Origin: Calditrichia bacterium
Lineage (GTDB): Bacteria; Calditrichota; Calditrichia; RBG-13-44-9
Direction: 5' to 3'
Assembly: GCA_037381445.1 (NCBI GenBank)
Contig: JARRQT010000051.1
Span: forward strand, 1 to 16,878
DNA length: 16,878 nt
In this document: positions 1 to 8,194 of the stretch, one piece after another
Layout of the letters: each line of letters opens with the position of its first letter
Position numbering within the stretch: position 1 is the first letter of the stretch
The notes under the pieces: model-generated
Databases searched by the model: none
The model's input: only the letters and a program-made list of their open reading frames with translations
Told to the model about the DNA's origin: nothing
Position numbers and translations under genes: made by a program

Positions 1-480
1 AATGAAGGCTGGAAAACAAAAGAAGAGGCAATCAAAAAAATAGAATGGCTGGCCAATCAGGGCGTGGAATTTGTTGAGCAGCCGATGCCTTCAAATATGC
101 TTGAAGAAACCGCCTGGCTGAAAGAGCGGGCAGGTATCCCCATCGTTGCCGATGAATCGGTTAAAAATGCTGCGGATATTCCCAAGCTGGCGGGCGCCTT
201 CGACGGGATTAATATCAAACTGATGAAATCGGGAGGGCTGCTGGAGGCGCTGCGTATGATCCAGATGGCGAAGGCCCTGAAAATGAAGGTTATGCTGGGA
301 TGCATGATCGAAAGTTCGGTGGCGATTTCGGCAGCGGCGCACCTGGCGCCTTATGCTGACTGGATTGATCTGGACGGAAACCTGTTAATCAGCAATGATC
401 CCTATAATGGCGTTGCGATTAAAGACGGCTGCCTGGTCTATAACGACAAACCGGGCCTGGGGGTTGAAGAAAATTCATAA
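1..480 (+). CDS. Dipeptide epimerase (L-Ala-D/L-Glu epimerase, enolase/MLE superfamily), 5'-partial
   Basis: Frame is open from base 1 (NEGWKTKEEAIKKIEWLANQGVEFVEQP...). It has (DA)NEGW, EQP and ADES metal-ligand motifs, the NIKLMKSGG catalytic Lys, GCMIES, and the DLDG motif typical of dipeptide epimerases. Stop TAA at 478-480. Confidence 0.9.
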   Translation, partial: NEGWKTKEEAIKKIEWLANQGVEFVEQPMPSNMLEETAWLKERAGIPIVADESVKNAADIPKLAGAFDGINIKLMKSGGLLEALRMIQMAKALKMKVMLGCMIESSVAISAAAHLAPYADWIDLDGNLLISNDPYNGVAIKDGCLVYNDKPGLGVEENS

Positions 481-536
481 AAGCATGTTTTGGACGGAAA
501 CCAACCTGGATTAGTTGGCAAAGTATCAAAAGCGGG

Positions 537-1418
537 CTAAAATTTGGCTCCAAATTCCTTGCGGTAAGCGCGCGGATTTGTCCCGTGACGTTCGGAAAAT
601 CTTCGGTTGAAATTGGAGAGATTGTTAAAACCAACTTCATAACAGATTTCGGAAATAGTCATATCGGTTTCCATCAGCAGCTTGCATGCCCAGCCGATAC
701 GTAATTCATTAACGTAATTTACGAAGGTTTTCCCGGTAGATTTTTTAAAGAAGCGGCTGAATGCGGTTGTACTCATATTGGCGATATGGGCTGCTTCATC
801 CAAACGGATGGGATCTTTATAGTTCTCATTAATGAAAGTACAGACCCGGTCAATGCGGCTCTGTTCATTCGGGCGGAAGTTGGGAATGAATTCGATGCTT
901 GATAATATTCTTCGCTCCCCTTTGTCCGCTCTTCCAAGAATATCAAGAATTTTGATCAGATTTAATAGTCTGTCAAGCGGGTTTTGATTTTCCATTTCCA
1001 GAATCAGGTCGGCGATAACGCGGCGTGTTTTCCCAAGAAATTGAATCCCCCTGGAAGCGTTTGTAAAAAGATTCTGAATGGAAAGCAGCTCGGGGATTTC
1101 CCTCAAATCCAGGTTCAGAAAATTTTCTCTGAATTGAATGAGAAATGCTTCGTGATATTGACCGTTGCCGAATGCTCCCGCAGGAGAATACCAGGTGTGG
1201 GGCAGGTTAGGCCCAATGAAAAAGATCTCACCCTGCTGGTAATAGGATATATTGTCTCCGATGAATCGCTTTCCCCGGCTCTTATGCATGAACATGATTT
1301 CATATTCACTGTGATAGTGCCAATTGAAGTCCAGTGAAGGCAGAAAGATCTTTTTAAATTTTGAAGAGGATTGTGGCGGTTTGGATAACCTCACATTGAC
1401 AGGCTTCATAACGGACAT
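537..1418 (-). CDS. AraC-family transcriptional regulator (N-terminal cupin plus C-terminal double HTH)
   Basis: Cupin motifs WHYHSEYEI and GPNLPHTW. AraC signature ISEICYEVGFNNLSNFNRRF...TNPRAYR. The real start may be ATG 1409, because the paralog begins MKPV. Confidence 0.95.
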   Translation of the reverse strand: MSVMKPVNVRLSKPPQSSSKFKKIFLPSLDFNWHYHSEYEIMFMHKSRGKRFIGDNISYYQQGEIFFIGPNLPHTWYSPAGAFGNGQYHEAFLIQFRENFLNLDLREIPELLSIQNLFTNASRGIQFLGKTRRVIADLILEMENQNPLDRLLNLIKILDILGRADKGERRILSSIEFIPNFRPNEQSRIDRVCTFINENYKDPIRLDEAAHIANMSTTAFSRFFKKSTGKTFVNYVNELRIGWACKLLMETDMTISEICYEVGFNNLSNFNRRFSERHGTNPRAYRKEFGAKF

Positions 1419-1455
1419 TTCTCAATGCTAAATTTAGTAGCTAAGTTACTTCCTT

Positions 1456-1490
1456 TGCTAATATAGTATAAAATCTTGACAAAATAAATG
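1456..1490. promoter_or_regulatory. Putative AraC-type operator/divergent promoter, copy 1
   Basis: TGCTAATATAGTATAAAATCTTGACAAAATAAATG matches 4665-4699 at 30/35. Two related half-sites start at 1457 and 1478, 21 bp apart. Contains TTGACA at 1476-1481. Confidence 0.65.
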
Positions 1491-1747
1491 TGGAAATAAA
1501 ATATTGTTTGTTATTCCTTTGGTAAGTGGAAAATGAGAATTTAAAGATTTTATTTCTGAAAGAACATAAAAGCCGTACTCAGCAGGTTCTTGTTGATTTC
1601 ATCTGCAGTAAATGACAACCGATACAACTGAGTCCAGAGCCTAACACACTAAAAATCAGAAAGATTCTGAGAGCCCCTGATAAATATGAACACCGTAGCA
1701 AAAGTATGATGCTTTCGCATCCTTCAACAATAATATGAGGATATCCC

Positions 1748-2153
1748 GTGGGCACACTTGACTGGTCGTTTGTAGCAATTTATTTCATTTTCGCTCTCAG
1801 CATAGGTTTATATTTTACTAAACGCGCCGGAAAAGATATTACTGAATTTATTACTTTCGGAAAAAGTCTGCCATGGTGGCTTGCAGGTACCAGTATGGTT
1901 GCGACTACCTTCGCTGCGGATACTCCGTTGGCGGTGACGGAATTGGTCACCCCGGTGTATTATATTCTATTCTTCATCGGAGAGGAGATTGGGAACAGGG
2001 GATGTGTGTCACCGGCTGAGACGGTGGCAAAAGGAATTTTGGAGACTGCTTACCATCAGAAATAGAGGCCTGATCATTCTGGCCATATCAATAATCAGTA
2101 TGAAATATAAAGCAGGTGTTTTTAAATTAGTATCCACGGAAAGCTTTGTGTGA
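1748..2153 (+). pseudogene. Internally deleted sodium:solute symporter paralog (in-frame ORF 1748-2065)
   Basis: GTG start with GAGGA SD. The first 67 codons are homologous to the N-terminus of 2169..4076, with MVATTFAADTPLAVTELV identical. Two codons later, VYYILFFIG resembles VYTFLFGIG (residues 589-597 of the intact copy). A shifted-frame GLIILAISIIS (2067-2099) runs to TGA 2151-2153. Confidence 0.8.
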
Positions 2154-2168
2154 AAGGGGAAATGGACT

Positions 2169-4076
2169 ATGCCACATCTTCAATTACTGGATATTTCTGT
2201 CGTTATATTGTTTTTCCTGATAATTTTCGGGATTGCCTGGTATTATTCCCAGCAGGCGGGAAAGAGCACCGACCAATTCTTCCTGTCTGGTAGAAATCTG
2301 CCCTGGTATATTGCCGGAACCGCCATGGTGGCAACCACATTTGCAGCGGATACCCCTCTGGCGGTTACGGAACTGGTGGCCAAGAACGGGATTGCTGGAA
2401 ACTGGCTATGGTGGAACCTGGCCATCGGTGGGATGCTGACCGTCTTTTTCTTTGCAAAACTGTGGCGCCGCGCCGGCATCATGACCGATGTGGAATTTGT
2501 AGAATTGCGTTACTCAGGAAACGCAGCTGCCGTATTGCGCGGATTCCGGGCCATCTATCTCGGCTTGTTTATGAACGCCATTGTTATGGGCTGGGTCAAC
2601 AAAGCCATGGAGAAGATCTTTCACGTAATTATCCCTGGTTTTGATGCATTTTTGTTAGTGGTCATTACCGCATTCATAATCGCTATCTACGCCTCCGCTT
2701 CCGGATTGCTGGGCACCGCCCGCACCGACAGTTTTCAGTTTGTATTTGCAATGGTGGGGTGTATCATACTGGCCGTTATAGTCGTTCAGCTGCCCCAGGT
2801 TGGCGGACTGGTTTCCCTGAAGTCAAAGCTGGCGCCGCAGATACTGGATTTCTTTCCCCGCATTGGGAAGATGACCGCCGGCGGAATTACCGGTGGCGCA
2901 CTGGCACTGACCGCCGGAGCATTTATCGCCCACATCGGTTTACAGTGGTGGTCCACCTGGTATCCGGGAGCTGACCCCGGTGGCGGCGGTTATATCGCCC
3001 AGCGAATGATGTCCGCGAAAGATGAAAAACACAGTCTGTTTGCCACCCTGTGGTTCACTATTGCCCATTACACTATCCGTCCCTGGCCCTGGATTATCGT
3101 TGCATTGGCGGCATTGGTTATTTTGCCCCGTTCGGAAAATCCCGCTGAAATCCGCGCCCAGAACCCGGCACTTTATGAAAAGGTAATGAAGGCCTATCAG
3201 GATAACTCGCTTCTGGTTCCGCAGGATCCTACCTACGATACGCCGGAATTCAGAGATATGTATGAGCGTTATGAGAATACTATCGATCCTGGTGTTATGT
3301 ATCCGAAACTGATGTTGCGTTACCTGCCCACCGGTCTGTTGGGTCTGTTGATTGCGGTGTTTTTGGCGGCATATATGTCCACCATTGCCTCCCAGTTAAA
3401 CTGGGGCACCTCGTATCTCATTAACGACTTCTACCGCCGGTTTATCCGTAAGAAGGCGGATGAAAGACACTATGTGCTGATTTCCAGACTTGGAATCATT
3501 CTTATGGTCGCTTTTTCTTTGCTGATCACCCGCTTTTTCCTGACCACTATATCCGGGGCATGGGAATTTATTATCAATGCCAGTGCCGGTATGGGCGCTG
3601 TTTTGATCCTGCGCTGGTTCTGGTGGCGTATCAATGCCTGGTCAGAGATCTCGGCTATGATCGCTCCGCTGATCATTTATCCCATAGCGCGATACGGATT
3701 CGGAATGCAGTCACCTATTACCCTGTATCCAACTGTCCTGGGGACAACCATCGTCTGGTTGCTGGTCACGTTTCTGACCAGACCATCAAACAAGCAGCAT
3801 CTGATCGACTTTTACAAACGCACCCATCCCGGCGGCATCGGATGGCGAAAGATCGCAAAAGAGGTTCCCGGTGTGGAATCCGATAAAGGCTTCGGCCGGT
3901 TGTTTATCGATTGGATACTGGGCGTCGTGGTGGTTTATACCTTTCTGTTTGGGATCGGACATTTGCTGTTTGGTGAATACCTCTCGGCAGTATTATTCCT
4001 GGGTGCGGCCATCATTTCCGCAGCCATTATCTACTTTGATTTAAACAAACGCGGCTTTGAGCAGATAGCCCGATAG
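2169..4076 (+). CDS. Sodium:solute symporter (SSS/SLC5 family), substrate unknown
   Basis: 635 aa with many hydrophobic helices. SSS-type motifs FFLSGRNLPW, ATTFAADTPLAV, GGGYIAQRMMSAKDE and AAYMSTIASQLNWG. SD-like AAGGGGA upstream. Confidence 0.95.
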   Translation: MPHLQLLDISVVILFFLIIFGIAWYYSQQAGKSTDQFFLSGRNLPWYIAGTAMVATTFAADTPLAVTELVAKNGIAGNWLWWNLAIGGMLTVFFFAKLWRRAGIMTDVEFVELRYSGNAAAVLRGFRAIYLGLFMNAIVMGWVNKAMEKIFHVIIPGFDAFLLVVITAFIIAIYASASGLLGTARTDSFQFVFAMVGCIILAVIVVQLPQVGGLVSLKSKLAPQILDFFPRIGKMTAGGITGGALALTAGAFIAHIGLQWWSTWYPGADPGGGGYIAQRMMSAKDEKHSLFATLWFTIAHYTIRPWPWIIVALAALVILPRSENPAEIRAQNPALYEKVMKAYQDNSLLVPQDPTYDTPEFRDMYERYENTIDPGVMYPKLMLRYLPTGLLGLLIAVFLAAYMSTIASQLNWGTSYLINDFYRRFIRKKADERHYVLISRLGIILMVAFSLLITRFFLTTISGAWEFIINASAGMGAVLILRWFWWRINAWSEISAMIAPLIIYPIARYGFGMQSPITLYPTVLGTTIVWLLVTFLTRPSNKQHLIDFYKRTHPGGIGWRKIAKEVPGVESDKGFGRLFIDWILGVVVVYTFLFGIGHLLFGEYLSAVLFLGAAIISAAIIYFDLNKRGFEQIAR

Positions 4077-4086
4077 TCTGCCTGTA

Positions 4087-4130
4087 TAATCTTGCTATAT
4101 TTCTGTGTCCACAAAAAGATAGCAAGATTA
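4087..4130. terminator. Long AT-rich hairpin just after the SSS stop; possible terminator or stabilising stem
   Basis: Perfect 12-bp inverted repeat TAATCTTGCTAT (4087-4098)/ATAGCAAGATTA (4119-4130), with further inner pairing. No U-tract follows. Confidence 0.45.
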
Positions 4131-4131
4131 G

Positions 4132-4271
4132 CACAATATGTATCAGATAATCTACACACTGCCGGAATCCAAACGCACCAAAAGGAAACTTTTGAAAATG
4201 GATGATGAACAAGCTGAATTATATCGCATAATTCTTAAGAATTTTTAGGGTGTTGCATTGCGGAAAACAGG
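4132..4271 (+). mobile_element. Remnant of an IS1634-family-like element: transposase C-terminus plus right end
   Basis: 4132-4248 reads HNMYQIIYTLPESKRTKRKLLKMDDEQAELYRIILKNF*, which I recall as the C-terminus of IS1634-family transposases of Bacteroidota-like hosts. It is followed by GGTGTTGCATTGCGGAAAACAGG, ending in a CAGG terminus. AraC homology on the other strand stops exactly at 4272. Confidence 0.7.
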
Positions 4272-4614
4272 AAAGGTTTTGCACAGAAATCAGTTCGGGG
4301 ATTTCATGTGCGTCCAGCCCTATGAAATCATTCCGGAATTGGATAAGAAAAGCCTCATGGTGGCGCTTTTCTCCGCCGTTCATTGCGGGAGAATACCAGA
4401 TGTGGGGCAGAATGGGACCGATGAAAAAGATTTCACCATCCTCGTAATAAGCAATATTATCACCGATAAACCGCTTGCCCCGGCTCCTGTTCATAAACAT
4501 AATTTCGTATTCGGAATGGAAGTGCCAGTTGAATTCCAGTACAGGGAGGCAGATTTTTTTGATCTTGAATGAAGACTGCAGCGGCTTAGTTAATTTGACA
4601 TTAACCGGCTTCAT
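4219..4614 (-). pseudogene. Truncated AraC paralog (cupin region only, no HTH)
   Basis: The first 114 codons (4614-4273) align without gaps to 537..1418, about 83/114 identical by hand count. The last 17 residues come from the opposite strand of the IS remnant. Confidence 0.9.
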
Positions 4615-4664
4615 AACAAAATGATATTATATTCCATAAAATTATCCGAAAAATCTTACTTCTA

Positions 4665-4699
4665 TGCTAATATAGTATAATAATTTGTCGAAATAAATG
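4665..4699. promoter_or_regulatory. Putative AraC-type operator/divergent promoter, copy 2
   Basis: TGCTAATATAGTATAATAATTTGTCGAAATAAATG. Half-sites start at 4666 and 4687, 21 bp apart. Preceded by TTACTTC, as in copy 1. Confidence 0.65.
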
Positions 4700-4828
4700 C
4701 AGAGATTAAAAATATTAATATTATTATTGGGATAGACCGGTAGTGGCATCTGCTTCCGGATTTTTTTACCGATTCGAAAGGATTACCAGGGCTTCCACAG
4801 GAGAAATCGAACGAAAGAAAGGCGAGAC

Positions 4829-6673
4829 ATGCGGATAAAAAGTGATAAATACCCGGGATTATATTATCAAAAAGGTGGGTGGTTGTTTATACTTTGCCTG
4901 TTTCTTACCATCCGGATGACAATAAACCTGCAGGCTGCGGAGAATAACCTGATCTATATCCGTGTGAATCAAATGGGATATGTGCCACAGGATACCAAAG
5001 TCGCCATCGCCTTTTCAAACCACAAAATCCAAAAGAAATGCCGGCTGATAAGGGAATCTGATGGAAAAATAATGTTCTCTTTCAGGTCCCGTGAGATCAA
5101 AAAGCATGGATGGGCAAATTTTAAATACTATTATGAACTGAATTTCTCTTCAATAAAAGAGCCTGGCAGTTACCATCTGATGATAGGCAGCTCACAGTCA
5201 AAGTCGTTTGCAATTCAGCAGGATGTTTACCGGGCAGTACCAGATAGCTTGCTTGTTTATCTGCGGCAGCAGCGCTGCGGCTATAATCCTTTTTGGCATG
5301 AGGTATGTCACCGACTGGATGGCCGCACCATGTTTGCACCTTTTCCAGATTCCGCTTATCTGGATGCCAGCGGCGGTTGGCATGATGCAGGGGATGACCT
5401 CAAATATCTGTTGACGACCAGCTATGCCGTTCCGGTCATGCTCATGGCTTACCAGACGGCTCCCGGCATATTTGCTGATTCTGTCAATTCATATGGAGAA
5501 ACTATGCCCAATGGTTTGCCGGACATCCTGGATGAGGCCAAATGGGGGCTGGACTGGATGCATAAACTGCACCCGGCGCCGGATATGCTGTTTCATCAGG
5601 TTGCCGATGACCGCGACCATATCGGCTGGAAGAAACCGGGTGCGGACAGTTCCGATTATGGATGGGGATCCAACAGCTACCGGGTAGTATATTTTGCCGA
5701 CGGGAAGCCCCAGGGCCTAAGAAAATATAAAAGCAATTCCGACGGCGTCGCAAATCTGGCGGGACGATATGCCGCCGCGATGGCTCTGGCATACCGGATT
5801 TGGGAGCAGCAGGAACATAGGAATAGCCCGTTTGCGCAGAAATGTCTCAAGGCCGCCGGGGAAGTGTATCGCCTTGGAAAGCAGAAAGAAGGGGTACAGC
5901 AGGGGAATTCCTATTGGGCTCCATACCGTTATGCGGAAACAACCTGGGCGGATGATATGGAATGGGGGGCCGCAGAATTATTTAAGGCGACTGCTGACAG
6001 CGCCTATCTGCAAGATGCCATCCGCTATGCGCGAATGGCCGGCGCGGAATCCTGGATGGGACGGGATACAACCGATCATTATCAATACTACCCATTTATG
6101 AATATGGGGCACTACGTTCTTTATCCGCTGGTGAACGATCAGGTAAAAACTGAATTGGCCGGGTATTACCGCGATGGAATTGAAAAGTGTCTTTCCGTGG
6201 CGAAAGAAAATCCATTTAAAATCGGGGTGCCGTTTATCTGGTGCTCCAATAACCTGGCAGTGGCGCTGATATCGCAATGTTACCTGTATGAGCAGATGAC
6301 CGGGGACCAACGATACCACGCGCTCATGATTGCTGCACGTGACTGGCTTTTAGGCCGGAATCCCTGGGGGACCACTATGTTTGTGGGAATTCCCGCCAAT
6401 GGCGAGTTTCCGGAACATCCCCACGCCAGCACCTATGCACTGACCGGACGGCAGATTACCGGTGGAATGGTGGATGGTCCCATTTACGCCAGCATCTATC
6501 AGCAGCTTAAGGGGATCTACCTTTCAAAGGCGGATGAGTTTGCATCCTATCAGACCGATTATGTTGTCTATCACGATGACATTGCGGATTACTCCAGCAA
6601 CGAGCCCACCATGGACGGCACCGCGGCCGCCATTTTTGCATTGACTGTATGGGCCGGCAATCAGGAAAAATAA
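4829..6673 (+). CDS. Glycoside hydrolase family 9 with N-terminal Ig-like (CelD_N) domain, probably secreted
   Basis: IRVNQMGY start of the Ig-like domain, QQRCG, catalytic-base motif DASGGWHDAGD, WLLGRNPWG, PEHPH and catalytic acid in YSSNEPTMDG. Hydrophobic N-terminus ending LQA suggests a signal peptide. Confidence 0.92.
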   Translation: MRIKSDKYPGLYYQKGGWLFILCLFLTIRMTINLQAAENNLIYIRVNQMGYVPQDTKVAIAFSNHKIQKKCRLIRESDGKIMFSFRSREIKKHGWANFKYYYELNFSSIKEPGSYHLMIGSSQSKSFAIQQDVYRAVPDSLLVYLRQQRCGYNPFWHEVCHRLDGRTMFAPFPDSAYLDASGGWHDAGDDLKYLLTTSYAVPVMLMAYQTAPGIFADSVNSYGETMPNGLPDILDEAKWGLDWMHKLHPAPDMLFHQVADDRDHIGWKKPGADSSDYGWGSNSYRVVYFADGKPQGLRKYKSNSDGVANLAGRYAAAMALAYRIWEQQEHRNSPFAQKCLKAAGEVYRLGKQKEGVQQGNSYWAPYRYAETTWADDMEWGAAELFKATADSAYLQDAIRYARMAGAESWMGRDTTDHYQYYPFMNMGHYVLYPLVNDQVKTELAGYYRDGIEKCLSVAKENPFKIGVPFIWCSNNLAVALISQCYLYEQMTGDQRYHALMIAARDWLLGRNPWGTTMFVGIPANGEFPEHPHASTYALTGRQITGGMVDGPIYASIYQQLKGIYLSKADEFASYQTDYVVYHDDIADYSSNEPTMDGTAAAIFALTVWAGNQEK

Positions 6674-6707
6674 AGCCAATCGGAAAAGGTGTTTCCGGGT
6701 TGCGGCT
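6674..6707. terminator. Imperfect hairpin between convergent GH9 and glcF
   Basis: AGCC-AATCGGAAA-aggtg-TTTCCGGGTT-GC-GGCT directly after the GH9 stop. Confidence 0.4.
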
Positions 6708-6775
6708 AATTTCAGCAATTTATTGAAAAATGGAACAGAGGAGAATTTGAGAGGGATCTGAACAGATAAATCTAT

Positions 6776-8065
6776 TCAGCCTTTCTGTTTATACGCCCTG
6801 TTAAGCAATGTCACCGGATGAATCACTTCAATTGCAGAATTTATCCCCTTTAAACCGTATGCGATCTGTCCCATGCACCCGGGATTCCCCGTGACCAGGA
6901 TTTCCGCCCCGGTGGCCAGGATGTTTTTTATTTTTCTGTCCAGGATTTGCATGGACGGCTCCTGGCGGATAACATTATATATTCCGGCGCTTCCGCAGCA
7001 CCAGGTAGATTCCGCCAGTTCAATAATCTCCAGCCCGGGGATGCCCTGCAGTACTTCGCGGGGTTCCCGGGTAATTTTCTGACTATGAGCCAGATGGCAG
7101 GCATCGTGGTAGGTGATTTTCCCTTTCAGAGGAACAGCGGGTTTTTTGAAGTTGATTTCCACCAGAAATTCGCTTATATCTTTAACAATACGGCTGAGCT
7201 GCTCCGCCTTTTCACGGTATTCTTCGTCCTCATGAAGCAGTTCGCCGTATTCTTTCATAAATGCGCTGCACCCGGCAGAGTTGATGACAATGGCATCCAG
7301 ATCCAGTGATAAAAACACATCTATGTTTTTGCGGGCAAGATGCCGGGCAATCTCGAAATCGCCGTTGTGGCCCGCCAGAGAACCGCAGCAAACCTGCTGT
7401 TTGGGGGTGATGATTTCACAGTCGTTTTCCAGCAGCACTTCCACGGTGTCCCTGTTGATGTCCGCGAACATCACATTCATCAGGCAGCCGGTGAGCATGC
7501 CCACTCTGTATCTGGGGTGATTCCCGGGAACCAGCCGCTCGGGTATAAATGCGTCGGAAAACTGGGATGAAATGAGCGGAGACATTCCCTGGGCGCGATC
7601 CAGTTTTTTGGAGATCAATCTGAGTACGCCGCTTTTTTGAACAATGTTTTGCAGATATCGCTGATAAAATCGCAGCAGCCGTGCCGCCAGCTTCAGACGC
7701 TGATTATAGGGGAATATCCGGCGAAAGAAGAACTTCTTTAGCCACGCGAACTTTTCGGTGCCGGAGAGCAGTATCTGCGCGCGGGCGGCCTCCACCAATT
7801 GACCGTAGGCTACCCCTGCCGGGCAAACCGTCGCACATGCCTGGCAATCCAGGCAGAAGTACATTTCATCCCTGAAATTTTCAGTGATGGGGAGATGACC
7901 GGCCGTCACTTCTTTTATCAAACGGATTCTTCCGCGGGGTGAAGACCGTTCCAGGCGGGTCAGACTGTAGGTCGGGCATACCGGAAGACAAAGTCCGCAG
8001 TGCATGCATTGGGTTAGAATATCATCGCTGGGGATCTCAATTTTATGAAGCGGTTTTGTGTCCAT
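6776..8065 (-). CDS. glcF: Glycolate/D-lactate oxidase iron-sulfur subunit (GlcF-like)
   Basis: Two CxxCxxCxxxCP ferredoxin motifs, SPRGRI, two CCG domains (QVCCGS, TWCCGSAG) and YHDACHL. Lies downstream of a glcD homolog. Confidence 0.9.
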   Translation of the reverse strand: MDTKPLHKIEIPSDDILTQCMHCGLCLPVCPTYSLTRLERSSPRGRIRLIKEVTAGHLPITENFRDEMYFCLDCQACATVCPAGVAYGQLVEAARAQILLSGTEKFAWLKKFFFRRIFPYNQRLKLAARLLRFYQRYLQNIVQKSGVLRLISKKLDRAQGMSPLISSQFSDAFIPERLVPGNHPRYRVGMLTGCLMNVMFADINRDTVEVLLENDCEIITPKQQVCCGSLAGHNGDFEIARHLARKNIDVFLSLDLDAIVINSAGCSAFMKEYGELLHEDEEYREKAEQLSRIVKDISEFLVEINFKKPAVPLKGKITYHDACHLAHSQKITREPREVLQGIPGLEIIELAESTWCCGSAGIYNVIRQEPSMQILDRKIKNILATGAEILVTGNPGCMGQIAYGLKGINSAIEVIHPVTLLNRAYKQKG

Positions 8066-8194
8066 TCTGTTTTCTTTCCCGTTATATTCCTGCAGGCGTT
8101 AGCGCATTAAGCTTTTAATGAGTTGGGTGATTTGCATCAAGCCTGGCATCGATCATCATCCTGGATTTCTGTTCGTCTTCGGCTCAGCCTTTAT

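Noticed and set aside
4081..4085. CCTGT as the left terminal inverted repeat of the IS remnant (MITE-like element 4081-4271)
   Set aside because: Only 5 bp match the right end, and no flanking target duplication is evident.
4222..4254. NTLKIL in the truncated AraC tail resembling NLIKIL of the intact AraC, suggesting an internal deletion
   Set aside because: This DNA is better explained as the reverse strand of the transposase-like C-terminus, so the match is likely chance.
8066..8194. Missing glcE between glcD and glcF
   Set aside because: Two-gene glcD-glcF arrangements are known (e.g. Bacillus subtilis), and no glcE remnant was recognised in the 129-bp gap.
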